A stretch of 59,963 nt of DNA, counting the filler, from Sluysia triapertura (lineage: Eukaryota), in assembly GCA_046118255.1 (NCBI GenBank). It is 4 parts of 4 records of this genome, joined end to end, with 100 filler letters (N's around TTAATTAATTAA, not from the genome) between each part and the next. Parts side by side here need not be neighbours in the genome. Positions count along the whole stretch, not along the records: positions 19,218 to 32,153 come from JBJNIA010071393.1; positions 32,254 to 44,587 come from JBJNIA010107315.1; 2 more parts are not named here. One strand, given 5' to 3'. A model generated the notes under the pieces. That model searched no databases. It was not told where the DNA came from and saw only the letters and a list, made by a program, of their open reading frames with translations. Made by a program: the position numbers and the translations under genes. Positions 25,587 to 37,462 of the stretch are shown one piece after another (the stretch's first letter is position 1; each line of letters starts with the position of its first letter).

Positions 25587-25832
25587 CTATGTTTTCCCTT
25601 CATTGGCGTTAATAAGTGCCACAATTTTTTCTTGAGTAACCTAAAATAAAAGAAATATAAAATTGTTACATTATAAAATGTGTGTAGAGAAAAATAAGTG
25701 AATCTAAAGAAATACAGAAGCCTCTAAGATAAGCATCTAAAATAACACAGTAAAAAAGAATAGGGTGAAAAACTTACTTCCAAAAGTATCTGCTTGATGA
25801 ATGAATATAGTGGAAAACGGCAGCTTTATAAT
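25587..25832 (-). CDS. Putative small spliced exons (25778-25832, 25587-25640) of an unidentified transcript
   Basis: Clean GTAAGT...TTTTAG intron at 25777-25641; reading frame unresolved. Confidence 0.3.
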
Positions 25833-26706
25833 CTATATTAGACCCATAAACGTAATTGAATTGAACCAATTTGAAAGAAAAAATAAAATTTAATTAAAAA
25901 AGGGAAGTATATTCTAATTTACATGTACGTACCTACTTATTTAGCATGCCAATTTCTAAAAAATTGACCAAATTGATGATCCAAAATAGTCGGAAAATAA
26001 TTATTGTCATTAAATATGCATAATCATTAGTGAAATACATTGATTAACTTTTTAATTAATAAGTACATTTATTTAAAACAATACGATATCATAATGCTTT
26101 ACATGCAAATAATACACATATTTGATAAAAATTATGAATGAAAATTATTCGGCTATATTAAGCGCCTTGCAAACTATACTTGCGTATGTTTTTTCCTTTT
26201 TCTGATGAAATATCGGCTTCCCGCCCTGTGTAGATTATAGCAGGACCGACGCTCTAAGACACAACTTGAATAAATCCTTTGAGCGTTCCGTTTTTATCCC
26301 TTAGAATTGTGACAAAATAAAATGATAAATTATTCTAAACAATAAAAAATTAAATATATTCCTTTTTTGCATTATATGAGATACTTTTCTATGGACTGAT
26401 TGAAATTAGTTGATTTAGGTGAAATTAGTTGAAATTAGTTGATATGTTGAATTAGGTTAAAAAATAAAGAGGAACGCTGGGTTATGACTCATAATATAAA
26501 AATGAAATAAGTATCATTAAGAAATCAAAATAAAACATTATGAGGAATTATGATGACAAAATAAGTGTATAAAATATTTAAATCAAAATAAAAGAATGAA
26601 GAATATTAAGAAAGAACCCTTTCTAAGGTTTTACTTGTTAAAATTTGTTAAAATATTAAAGTACATTTATAAATTAATTTAATTAAAAATTGTTCAACTT
26701 TGTAAC

Positions 26707-27924
26707 TTAATGAAAAATGTTATCAAGCCAGCATCCTTTATGTACTAAAGGCAAGTCAACAGATATAGAAGAACAGCAAGGTTCGTGCTTGTCATTGTTA
26801 TTGTGTGTTTCTGTATTAGAAGTAGTATAAGATAAGGAGTTAGTATTTTCATGATTCTGTGATAAAAACATAGGGTCCTTTTTTATCAAAAAATCATATA
26901 GATTTATAAACTCCTTGGCCAACTGTTGGCAGGAAGTTTTCGGTGGGAACGGGTAAAGTAACTTCAACACCCTTCTAGTTTTGGTTATTGGATTTAAAGA
27001 AGTTTGGGGTATTAAATTAGTACAGTTCAAATTAATCACCCCTTTTAACCACCCATAGGGAACCCGTAGGGTTTTTATTATTAGTTCTGGATACGTCGAT
27101 ACTAAGATTTTATCGTATAGCGCCGCTAGTCAGAATTCTCTTATATCTGAAAGATCTTTAGCGTTATTAAGATGGTCCTCTTTCAGACCATGATCCACTG
27201 TCAAATAATTTTTTATACGAATACGCGGCCTTAAAAGCGCCTCCCCGTGGAACAATATATGATAAGGCATAAAGCACATTCGGAGAATGTGATGCCTATC
27301 ATCGAAACCTAGCGCAAATTGGGCGGAAACGAATATTAGTTCCCCCACACACGACATTGGTGTCTCTGAGTCGTGTGAATACGTCAAACTCTCTTGCCAG
27401 TTATACATATTGATTTCGTCCTTATGGTATATTAAAGGGCGCTTCTTAAAATCAATAGCTTTCTCTGTTTGGGCCAAGAGTACCGCAAAAGTTTCAGGTA
27501 ACTCTGTTGTTTCGATATGGATGGTACAAGACGGGCTAAGGTTAGTTATTAACACTGAAGAGTATCTTTGTATTCTCGATAACAATGGGATACCTTCTAT
27601 AGTGATTATAATCTTAAGCGTGCCCCTAGCGGCAGCAATAATTATGGGTCTGTTGTTATAAGAAAATCCCCTTAGCTGATTTATGCATACGGGCGATTGG
27701 ATATTGTCTATTTTAAATAGATGTGTGATGAACCTATCGTCCAATTCACACTTCAAGATATTAGGGGTGGTATTCGAATTTAAAAAATGACATGGTGTTT
27801 TGTTATTACCGCAGAATCGGTCGATCCCATTGTAGAAAGGTATGATATTACTAATGACGCGTGCTTGTGTTTTTTGTGGTGGTGTATTGTTGTTTGATGG
27901 TATGATGTTGTTTGTTTGAGACAT
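26707..27924 (-). CDS. Intronless orphan gene: 264 aa, extended to 405 aa by putative UGA-CUAG readthrough
   Basis: ORFs 27130-27924 and 26707-27039 are in the same frame, joined by 30 sense codons (LAALYDKILVSTYPELIIKTLRVPYGWLKG). The only stop is TGA at 27132-27130, followed by CTAG. GC content is visibly higher than the flanks. Confidence 0.7.
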
Positions 27925-27939
27925 ATTTAATCTGAATAA

Positions 27940-28041
27940 TGTGTTCTGTTTCCTACGAACAATTATGAATATTCTTAAAATGGGTTCGCCTACGATAAAC
28001 GCTTTATCTTATAAAAGGACGCTCTCGTAGGATTTTAACGC
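27940..28041 (-). promoter_or_regulatory. Repeated hairpin/TATA leader upstream of the orphan gene
   Basis: CCTACGA...TCGTAGG inverted repeat enclosing TTTTATAAGA on the minus strand, ~90 nt upstream of the ATG; homolog at 59848-59963. Confidence 0.45.
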
Positions 28042-28842
28042 GACTTAAAAAATGATTGAAGATAAAGATTCTTAAAGTAACAATGTTAACTCACAAGGTT
28101 TTATTCTCTAATGGAATCTTTAATGAATGCTCAATGACAATTAAACGTTAATCTAGATTTATTTTTTAAACAGTTTCAAAAATTTTAATGATACGTGATA
28201 AGTCCCAATTCAATTTATCAAACTTATCGATCTTTTTAATACTAAAATGTAAAATAGTTACTTCTTAAGGAGGTTACTCTCTTTTAATAATTAAATTAAT
28301 TCTCGATTATCTTTTTTCTTAAATAGAACTGAACTGTGCTCGTCTAACAACAAAAGAATATAAGTAAAATAGAGTTTTAATTTCAATTGAACTCTCTTGA
28401 AATACAAACCTTTCGTAATTAGTAATTACCTGTTAACTTTTAGTTAAAATCCCCTTTTTTAATCCTTACTATGAAATTTATAATTAATAACTCAAACTAA
28501 AACACGAATGTTTATTATGTAAAATAATGATGAAAAAATACAATAATTATACAAGGATTTAATATATTATCAATAAAATATTAACAAAGAATCTTGGATA
28601 TTAAGTTGATATTAACCCTAAGAATTATTCTTGGGTACTTAATGAATATAATTAGAAGTTTATGTGTATTTTAAAACGCCTATTACTAGGGTTAAAAACT
28701 TATATAAAATAAGCTTACTTAAATAAAAACAGAAAATTTTTGAAAATAAATTGTTTCAATTCCTTCCGTTTAGATTGTTGATATCGACACTAGGATTTTC
28801 CAAATCAATCTTTTTTGCTCCAACTATAAAATAAACCAAATG

Positions 28843-28975
28843 ATTTTAGTTCGAATGTCAAATAGACCAAATGAATTCCAAAAAACAAACGAATTTAGTT
28901 TGAATACCAAGTAGACCGAATGAATTTCAAAAACAACTGAATTTAGTTCGAATACCAAATAGATTTCCAAAAAAC
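28843..28975 (+). repeat. Minisatellite, ~48-bp unit x ~2.6
   Basis: TTTAGTT(C/T)GAAT..CAA.TAGA recurs three times. Confidence 0.85.
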
Positions 28976-30104
28976 TTTAAAATTAGTTATAATTTCTTAA
29001 CATGAACTTGTGTCATTTCGTGAGTAAAATTAACAATTTATATATTTCGATACATCCGATGAATCGTTAATAATTATTCGTAATTTGATTTGGTTAAAAT
29101 AAGTGACATTTTTTCATAAATATTTATAATAATAAAATGATTGGCAATTTTTCATAAATACTATTAAATTTGAATAATGAATTTGGATAAAATAAATAAC
29201 AGTTTTTTATAAATATTTATAATAATAAAATGATTGGCAATTTTTTCATAAATGCTGTTTATTAATATAATATGGTATTGTTTATAATTATTTACAATAA
29301 TAAATAATATTGTTTATTTTTCGAATAATATGTTTTATCATTATCTACAAATTTATTATTATTATTATTATTTTCATTAAAATTATTCACTATTACAAAA
29401 ATTTTAATATTATTATTATTTGCTAAATTAACTATTATTAAAATTTTACAAAAATTTCAATTTTCTTACAATATTATTGAACAACATTATTCTTTAAACA
29501 ACATTATTCTTTACAAATTTTTTTACTTTTTTAAGTATAAACACTAAGTTTATACAAATTAATATAATTGTCATTAAAAATTAGATCTAAATAAAGCTAC
29601 TCTGATCTACAATATTTAATTTTGGGTGATAATAATTATAATTATCATTCGAAAGTGTTATATTGTAAACTACGCGAAGGAATATTTTAGACGAATTTTC
29701 AACACTTCTTTAAACCTTATAAACATTTTTATAATAAATAAATTTTAAATAAATAAACTTATAATAAATATTTTTAATTTCGTTTAATTCGTAAGAGAAA
29801 AATATTAAAAAATTAACTTCAAATAATTATTAATAATTTAATGAGGTATTTAAATTAGTATTTAAAATCTAGAATTGATACATTAAAGACCTAATAAGTT
29901 TAAAATCTTTCTTTTTATGTCTTTTAGTTTTTCATTTTGTTTATATCATTCCTTATTTATAATTGTGAGTTCTATTTTATTTGTAGCGTAGGCTTTTCTT
30001 TATTATACCTTACCATGAATTGATTAGAGTAATTAATTCTGAATTAGTAAAGATCCATAAACTCTCTGTACAATGTATATCGCATAAAGTAATAATAACC
30101 TTAA

Positions 30105-30144
<40 letters not shown>

Positions 30145-30869
30145 GTTTTGTTATTTTATTTTTTCTGAAGAAATTTCTTTATTTGTTTTGTCACATAGCG
30201 ATATTCTTTATTTTTATATAATTCGGAAAATGATGTCGTATATTTCTTTTTGTTTCTATTTATAATTAAATGAAGATATTCGTTAACTGTTTTAATACTT
30301 TAATTTATTATTGGAAATAAAAAAATATTTTAAATATTATGAAAGAAAAATTCATTTCATAGCAACCTTTGTTATCTTTTCAGCAATTGTAGAAAATTCA
30401 AAATTAAATTCAAAAATTAGATGAGATTTTAAATGTAATCTTCTTTGTAAACGTGGCCAATGAACATCGTCAACTACACTAAAAGGTTTATTGATAAATT
30501 TACGACTACAATTTATAAATGTCCTATTTAAATATTAGATTAAAGCATGCTTAATCTTGAAAAATTTTCTAATAGTAGAATTAAGTTTTCATGCTCAAAA
30601 TTTGAAAATACATTTGGCATTTATGCATTTTCCTTAACAAAGACTTTTTAATTACTTTTTATTACTCAGATATTATTTGATAGTTTATAAATAAATAAAT
30701 GAAGAGTTAACAACAATAAAATTGAAATGTGTGGTAGCCGAAACTCCGAAACAAATTAATTATATATTATTAAAAACGTCATAAACCCATTAGTCACTAA
30801 TCAACATTGTAACCTTCCAATTCACAATGTATGAACATGATAGCTTATTATTTAACAATATACGCCTGG

Positions 30870-31390
30870 TCATTTAGTAATTAACAATAACATATTGAAA
30901 ATGTGGACACTTTATACGCGCTCTCGCAGACGTTAACTTGGTCAAGCACTGTCTAAAATAATCCATAATAAACATAATTGTTTCTCCAAATTAAACAATA
31001 AAGAGAGATATTTTTAATCAAAAACTTAAGAGATAATCCATCGTGGCCATTTTAAACAGCAATTTTTTGATTAAAATATTCCAATTCAAAAGTACAAAGT
31101 AGCCAATGAATTTGATTTATCAATATTCTTTAAATAACGATAGTAACTATCTTAAAAGCTTTAAAATTTTTTTAATTGATGAACCTGATCGTCTTATTAT
31201 TCACGATTTCTCAGTAAACAATCGCAAAACAGTGCTATTATGTTTTCTTAAGTGTTAGTTCAGCAAAATTCAAAGAATAAAATCAAAAATCGTTCAGATA
31301 AATATATAAAGAACAAAAACTACAACAAAAAAGTGGTTAAATTGGCTTGTTACATTTAAAAATCAAATTGTGTTCATATCGACTTTAGTC
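30870..31390 (-). mobile_element. Possible pogo-type DDE remnant
   Basis: MFIMDYFRQCLT resembles the LVMDSFRAHLT motif; heavily decayed. Confidence 0.25.
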
Positions 31391-32153
31391 ATAGTTGCTA
31401 TAGTGAAATAAATTGTGTACATACAAAAGATCCTTATACAAATCTTCAAATTAGAATAAAAGAAATTTAAAATCTTATTGAAGGCACATGATGAAACTTC
31501 AAAATATGAAAATTTTATATGAAAATTTATTAATTCACAACAATGGTGAAGTCGAGATTATCTTAGCAATCTCTATGGGTGATCATCGACTCTGCAGAAG
31601 AACGATTCATCCAAACTGTGTCGAGAAGTTTTATCTTTTTTATTTTTATTTCGTAAAACTCTGAATAAAACAATGTATCGGTGCTATCTTATTTTTGGGA
31701 ACCAGAAAACAAGCTGGTGTAAGACACTTTGAAGAGACATTACTTTGAAGATGGAAGACAAGAAAAATAAAGCATAATTCAATTAATAATAAATTTTGAA
31801 AATGAAGACAAAGTTCACAAATCGTCTAGAGTTAGGCATCTGAGACATGAATCGGACATACTAGGCATTACACACTACCTTAACCAAGTTAATAAAGTGT
31901 TTCGTGAATACTTTCTAAAAGAAAAGTAAGCACTAATATATAATATTTTGGCAAGTCTGATTTGTCAATTTCATTAAACATTTCCAAAATATTGTAAATA
32001 TTATCTAGTAAACTTATAATTTGATATCTTTTCAAAGTTTCATTTTTATTATTTTGTAAAGTTCAAAATATCAAAAATTTTCAAGTTTTTCGATTATTAG
32101 CCAATTAGTAAATATCACATAAATCAAAGTATTAGACATAGTCATTATAAATA

Positions 32154-32253
32154 NNNNNNNNNNNNNNNNNNNNNNNNNNNNNNNNNNNNNNNNNNNNTTA
32201 ATTAATTAANNNNNNNNNNNNNNNNNNNNNNNNNNNNNNNNNNNNNNNNNNNN
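32154..32253. other. Artificial contig spacer
   Basis: N44-TTAATTAATTAA-N44. Confidence 0.97.
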
Positions 32254-33537
32254 AATCTAAGAAAATTATGCATAACTGACACAAACTATGAAGCCATATT
32301 TCTGATTTGTTACATATGACCTAAGTGATTTTAATGTTTAAAAATAAATTAAATAAATTTTTAAATAAATCGGAAGTAAAAAAACTGATGAAACAAATAA
32401 CAATATACGTAATTTCGTGAAATCTTATACCACGTTATTAGAAAGATTTTATGAGTCATTAAAAATCAAATCAAGTATTAAGAAAATTTTAAGTTATTAA
32501 ATAAATTATTTGGTGAAAAAATGAAAATAATTTTTGATAATCATATAAAATTTTATTGTATTGAAAGTTGAAAATACAAAAGTTAAAAAATGCAAAGTCA
32601 AATGAAATATATGAAAAATGAAATTCCTCAAGGAACAGTCTTGGTCCATTATTGTTTCAATGATGTTTCGAATTATATGGTTATAGATACCGTATATACA
32701 TTCAGAAATTGACATCAATAATGTAAATAATAGAAGAATATGAGAAAATTATTAAAAGCACAGAAGTACTAACTGAATTTATAGTATGGTTTGCGAATCA
32801 TCAAGAAAAGTCTGCATTTATAATATGGTATATAATTCTAGTAATTCTATCTGAACGCTATTTCAGAAAACACTATAAATATAAATATTTTAATTGGTTA
32901 CTATTTTTAAAATTTATAACTATTTTTAATCCACATATCTTATAACAATTGTATTGTAATAGAAAAAACCAATACTTTTACATAGATCTTATTATTGACA
33001 ATACTAAAATCACTAAAGAAAAATTCTACAAATTTATTGATAATTTATAAGTACTAATTTATTATTTCTACCGATTATTTATTTAAACGGTTCAATAATG
33101 TCGCAGTCATCGAAACAGACTTTCTGACTTAATTAAAAATTCATAGATTTTCTTCCAGAGTATGTCATTTTATTACATCTTCATTTATATGTTTTAAATG
33201 GATTAAGTTCAAAGAAATTTAATATATTTCTTAGTATATTGAAACAGTAATGTTTTAAGCTAAGATAATGAAGAGTGCCACATTAATTAATATAACTTAA
33301 TGTTAAATTAAATATCCAATAATTAATGTTATCATAAGTATCCTAGAAACTCAACATTGGCTAAAACCAGGTTATTTATGAAGATTACAATTCGAAATTC
33401 TTATTTACCAATTTATTTTTACTTTTATTCATATTTACAAATCAAATATATTAACATTGATTAATCATTACTTATTTTAAGTATTTAAATTGGTAATAAT
33501 TTATTTTATTTTGTGTTTGCTAAAAATGTATTTTTAG

Positions 33538-33702
33538 AATAATTATGTATTGGATAATCATGGTGATATAACAACTACTATTGATAATAAAAGTGATAAA
33601 AATAGTAACATTGTTGATGATTACGAAAATTTGAATATTGATATTGAGCGAAAACGATCATCCATTATTAATCAAGAGGCATTGTTTATTATCAATGAAC
33701 GA
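33538..33702 (+). CDS. Probable upstream linker exon of the GRAMD1-like gene
   Basis: tttttag|NNYVLDNHG...FIINER|gttagt, 165 nt open. Confidence 0.5.
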
Positions 33703-35083
33703 GTTAGTTTTTATTTTTATTCTTAGGTTAGAAAGCAAATATTTACGGAAATTTCTATACATAATTAAAAATTGAATCGTTCAAATTTAACAAAATATTG
33801 TTCAAATATTCATTAAACAAACGTAGATTTAAAAGTATAAAAATAAATTTATACACTAAGATTCATAATTCAAGACTTTCAAGTACATCATTAGTCATAA
33901 TATTTAGAAACAGGAAAAGCTATCGAAATGATCTATGATTATTTTATTGAATAATAGTTACGATTTTCCTTCCAACCTTGTATTTTCATAGAAACAGTAA
34001 GCAAAGCAAACACAAATCAAATACTTTGTAATAATTTTATTTATTTTATGCTTATAAATTATCGATTCTATTATTTATACATTCGTGAAATATAAATTAC
34101 AGAAAATTGCTTTTGTCAATTAATGAAAGGTGGGAAAATTAGTAACTTAAATTTCAATGTTTTGATATATCTGCAATTAAAGTTATACGTTGTTTTATGG
34201 CTAGTGTTATACAGTTAAATAAATATTGCATATAAAAGGATAACACATGTATTAGAGAAATAACTTATACCATTTAGTAACTGATTAAATTTAATGTAAT
34301 ATAGATAATTTTTTAGTAACTTTAAACTAAAAACTTTTAATTTCAATTACCACTCCCAAATTATGCGAACCTTTTTATGTAGATTGGTTCTCCAAAAAGA
34401 TGTTTATATTGTGAGTTTTTCATTAATTTATTAAGCTAAATTTATTAACTTATTACTTTTATCTGATTTGTTAAAAATTTTAACTTTTAACAATCTTTAT
34501 TTACTTGATGTTAGTTTATAAGAATAAGATGATATAGAAATGTTAAATTTAGTATCAGTTGTTTGACTCCAATATTTCCTCAAAAATCCAAATCAAATTT
34601 TATTGAATATTTATTGCTACATCAATAATAAATAATACAAAAATGAGTAAAAATGTGTCATGCTTCTGACAATTTGCACTATTTTATTTCCTTTTGTACA
34701 AATTATTTGAATTTTAATACTGCGCTGGATACTGACCAAATGAAGAATCAATGTTAAAATACTCTTTAATGTTAATTTTTAAATTCTATAAAAACTGTTA
34801 ATGAAATTCTCCAAAGAAATAGAGACATTTCAAAATCAAAAGTGATAAAATATTGAATTAGAAATGTTAAATTAATTTTTTAATCAATGTACTATATACT
34901 ATATTATACTATTTTTCTCCGTTTAGAATTTGTAGCCAATAATTATTAATTTTCATCAAATAAGAGTCAACTTCCCGCTGCTCAATATTTCTCTTTCTAT
35001 TTACTTCTATAATATTTCTTATGTAATGGATTTATATAACTCTGATTTTTATTCGAATTTACGTTCGGTTTTATGTATTTCAG

Positions 35084-35677
35084 AAACACAAAACATGTAC
35101 AAATTGTTGCGACGATTGTATTGGACAAAACAATAGTCCAGTGTCGTTAAATAACGCCTTTAAACCCCATGATTCTATTTGTTCTAATCATAACAATAAT
35201 GACCAAAAGGAATCTTTCTTCACTGAAAGTGCTCTTGTTGCTCCTTCGATTCTAAGTAGTTACAGAAATTCGTTATTAAGGGAATCAAAATCGGTTTTAA
35301 GTAGTAAATGGTCGAAAGATTCTAATTCGAATATGGGTTCTGTTCGTCGTTCTAGAAGATCGGAATCATTAGTTCGACATAGTCATAAATTAATACCTTC
35401 AAATGTGGATCGCTTGTATTGTAATGACCATGAACATACAGGGAAATGCTATCTTGACTTTCAAGCTGATGTGAATGTTAGTCAAGTCTTCGATTGGCTT
35501 TTTAATGCTAGTCAGTTTTTCAAGAAATTTTTGGAACACAGAAAAACATTTAATGTGGAATATGGAAAGTGGCAAGATTCAGAGGATGCATTGGCAAAAC
35601 AAGCTAGGACACTTAAATATACCTTAACACTGAAAGCGAAAATTGGACCGAAAGTTTCTCCAACTGTTGAAACACAA
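35084..35677 (+). CDS. GRAMD1: GRAMD1/Aster-like exon (VASt domain N-terminal part)
   Basis: tttcag|...VFDWLFNASQFFKKFLEHRK...GKWQ...RTLKYTLTLKAKIGPKVSPTVETQ|gtaaca. Confidence 0.85.
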
Positions 35678-35769
35678 GTAACATCGATTTTATAATAATA
35701 ATATTAATATTAATAATAGTAATAGTAATAGTACTAGTAATGTTAATAGTAATAATAATTTTAAAGTTG

Positions 35770-35965
35770 AATAAGATATAGTGGTGATTGTCCTATTAAC
35801 ATGAACAAGAGTTATATGTTTACTCGAGAGACCATCAGAAGGATGGTATGAGCATACATAATCAAATGATTGTAAAGATTATTAATACTATAAGAATTGT
35901 CATCTGTAATCAAGCATATCTCTTAGAGTTGTAAGACAAAATCTTATTAAAAATACTTTACTAAG
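35770..35965 (+). mobile_element. Penelope-like GIY-YIG endonuclease remnant
   Basis: CP...SYM.TR..IRR..EH...SSVIKH, degenerate. Confidence 0.35.
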
Positions 35966-36531
35966 GCGATGACAATTGTGTAAAATGTCGATTTTCCAGC
36001 TTTTATTAGCACTTTGTTTCTTAAGACTTTCATCATCAGAAGTTTTCTACATTTACTGCTTCAGGAATATTTAAAAGAAAATTAAAGATTAAAGTGAAAA
36101 GAAAATATTCTTGTAAATTCTTCCAAAACAAGAAACAAAACATTACTTCTTCTGATATGATGAATCCGATAAAAAATTTTTCTTAAATAAAAAACCAAAA
36201 AATTATTTAAACTTACAAAATTAATAAATGCACGCGAAATAAAAAAAATGATATTTTCATAAAATTAATAAAATCTAAAGGTACTATATATTGAAGTAAA
36301 TTCTTATATTGACAATGATAACCAAATAGAGAAAAGAGGCGTGTGTAACGAATAGGTGATATATCCTTGTTTATAGTGTACTTTACAAACAACTTTAACC
36401 TAATAACGAACACAAAAGTAATTTACATGTTTTCATCATTTCTATAGCGTCAACTGAATAATCCTTAGTAATAATAATAATTTATTTATTTATTAATTAT
36501 TATTATTATTAATATTATTATTATGTTTTAG

Positions 36532-36724
36532 AAAATACATTTTTCATCTGTTAATGAAACTTTTTATCTAGTCGATTGTTTTATTTATAATAGTGGTTTT
36601 CCATTGGCTGATTCTTTTCACACTCAAAATCGATATTGCTTACATAAACTGGGAAATAATAAGTGTCATGTCAAAGTATTTAGCGAGCTTATTTATGATA
36701 AGCAAGTATTTTTTGCTTCAAAAT
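36532..36724 (+). CDS. GRAMD1: GRAMD1-like exon (VASt domain)
   Basis: ttttag|KIHFSS..FYLVDCFIYNSGFPLADSFHTQNRYCL...VKVFSELIYDKQVFFASK|gttagt. Confidence 0.85.
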
Positions 36725-36734
36725 GTTAGTTTGG

Positions 36735-36782
<48 letters not shown>

Positions 36783-37325
36783 GTAATAAAGTATCTCTTT
36801 TATTAATTTTATTTAAATATTATTATTATCAAGAGTAATACTACTTTATTGGATAATCGTTTTATTAAGATTATTTGAATTTTCGTAACTGTTTAAATTA
36901 CGATGAATACTTTTGTCATTTAAATCATTTTATTCTTTATATCATGGATGTTAGTTTTTAATCGAAGTGCAAATCTTTGTAGTTAAATGAAGTTAAAGTT
37001 TCTAATACTTACCAAATATAAATTAAGAGCTTAATACACATAACATTTATTAACAAAACAAATATACTGTATATTTTAATTTCAAGCGCATTTTATTTAA
37101 ATTTAAATTTAGATATTCTAATTAGTATTCACCAAGCGAATCAAAATATCAATTCAAATAATTCTGATGCTAATTATTCCGATATTTGATATTAATTTAC
37201 ATTTTATCTGATACTATTTCAAAATTTTGTGTATATATTCTTTTAAAATTACTAAAGGTATATTAATTAAAATTACGGCGTTTTTTGAGTTATTTTTGAT
37301 AATTAGTACTATGAAATTATTCTCA

Positions 37326-37326
37326 C

Positions 37327-37404
<78 letters not shown>
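37326..37404 (+). repeat. (TTA)n microsatellite abutting a splice acceptor (similar tracts at 30105, 36740, 49425, 53110)
   Basis: Direct observation. Confidence 0.95.
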
Positions 37405-37405
<1 letters not shown>

Positions 37406-37408
37406 TAG

Positions 37409-37462
37409 CACTTTTGGAATCTACTTCCAAGTCAGGTTTAACAGAGTATTTCTCTGATTTAG
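37409..37462 (+). CDS. GRAMD1: GRAMD1-like exon (VASt C-terminal helix)
   Basis: tttag|SLLESTSKSGLTEYFSDL|gttaga, phase 1-1, matching the Aster IEKN..SGL..YF..L helix. Confidence 0.8.

Noticed and set aside
27130-27132. Selenocysteine reading of the in-frame TGA
   Set aside because: No AUGA/AA/GA SECIS fold found by eye in the 3' region and no redox-motif context; the CTAG context favours readthrough (not formally excluded).
27410-27661. Plus-strand 83-aa ORF
   Set aside because: Antisense shadow of the longer minus-strand gene.
27975-28060. HDV-like ribozyme (stem followed by GCGAA on the minus strand)
   Set aside because: Upstream sequence lacks partners for the P1/P2/P3 pseudoknot.
28843-28975. 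Spaced repeats suggestive of a CRISPR array
   Set aside because: Intervening parts are also repeated (tandem minisatellite), the context is eukaryotic and there are no cas genes.
36016-36040. Hammerhead-like CTGATGA...GAAAC on the minus strand near the Penelope remnant
   Set aside because: Stem II pairs poorly and stems I/III could not be formed.
37214-37457. Poly-N, poly-L and poly-Y ORFs (also 30020-30265, 36593-36838)
   Set aside because: Artefacts of (TTA)n microsatellites or shadows of real exons.
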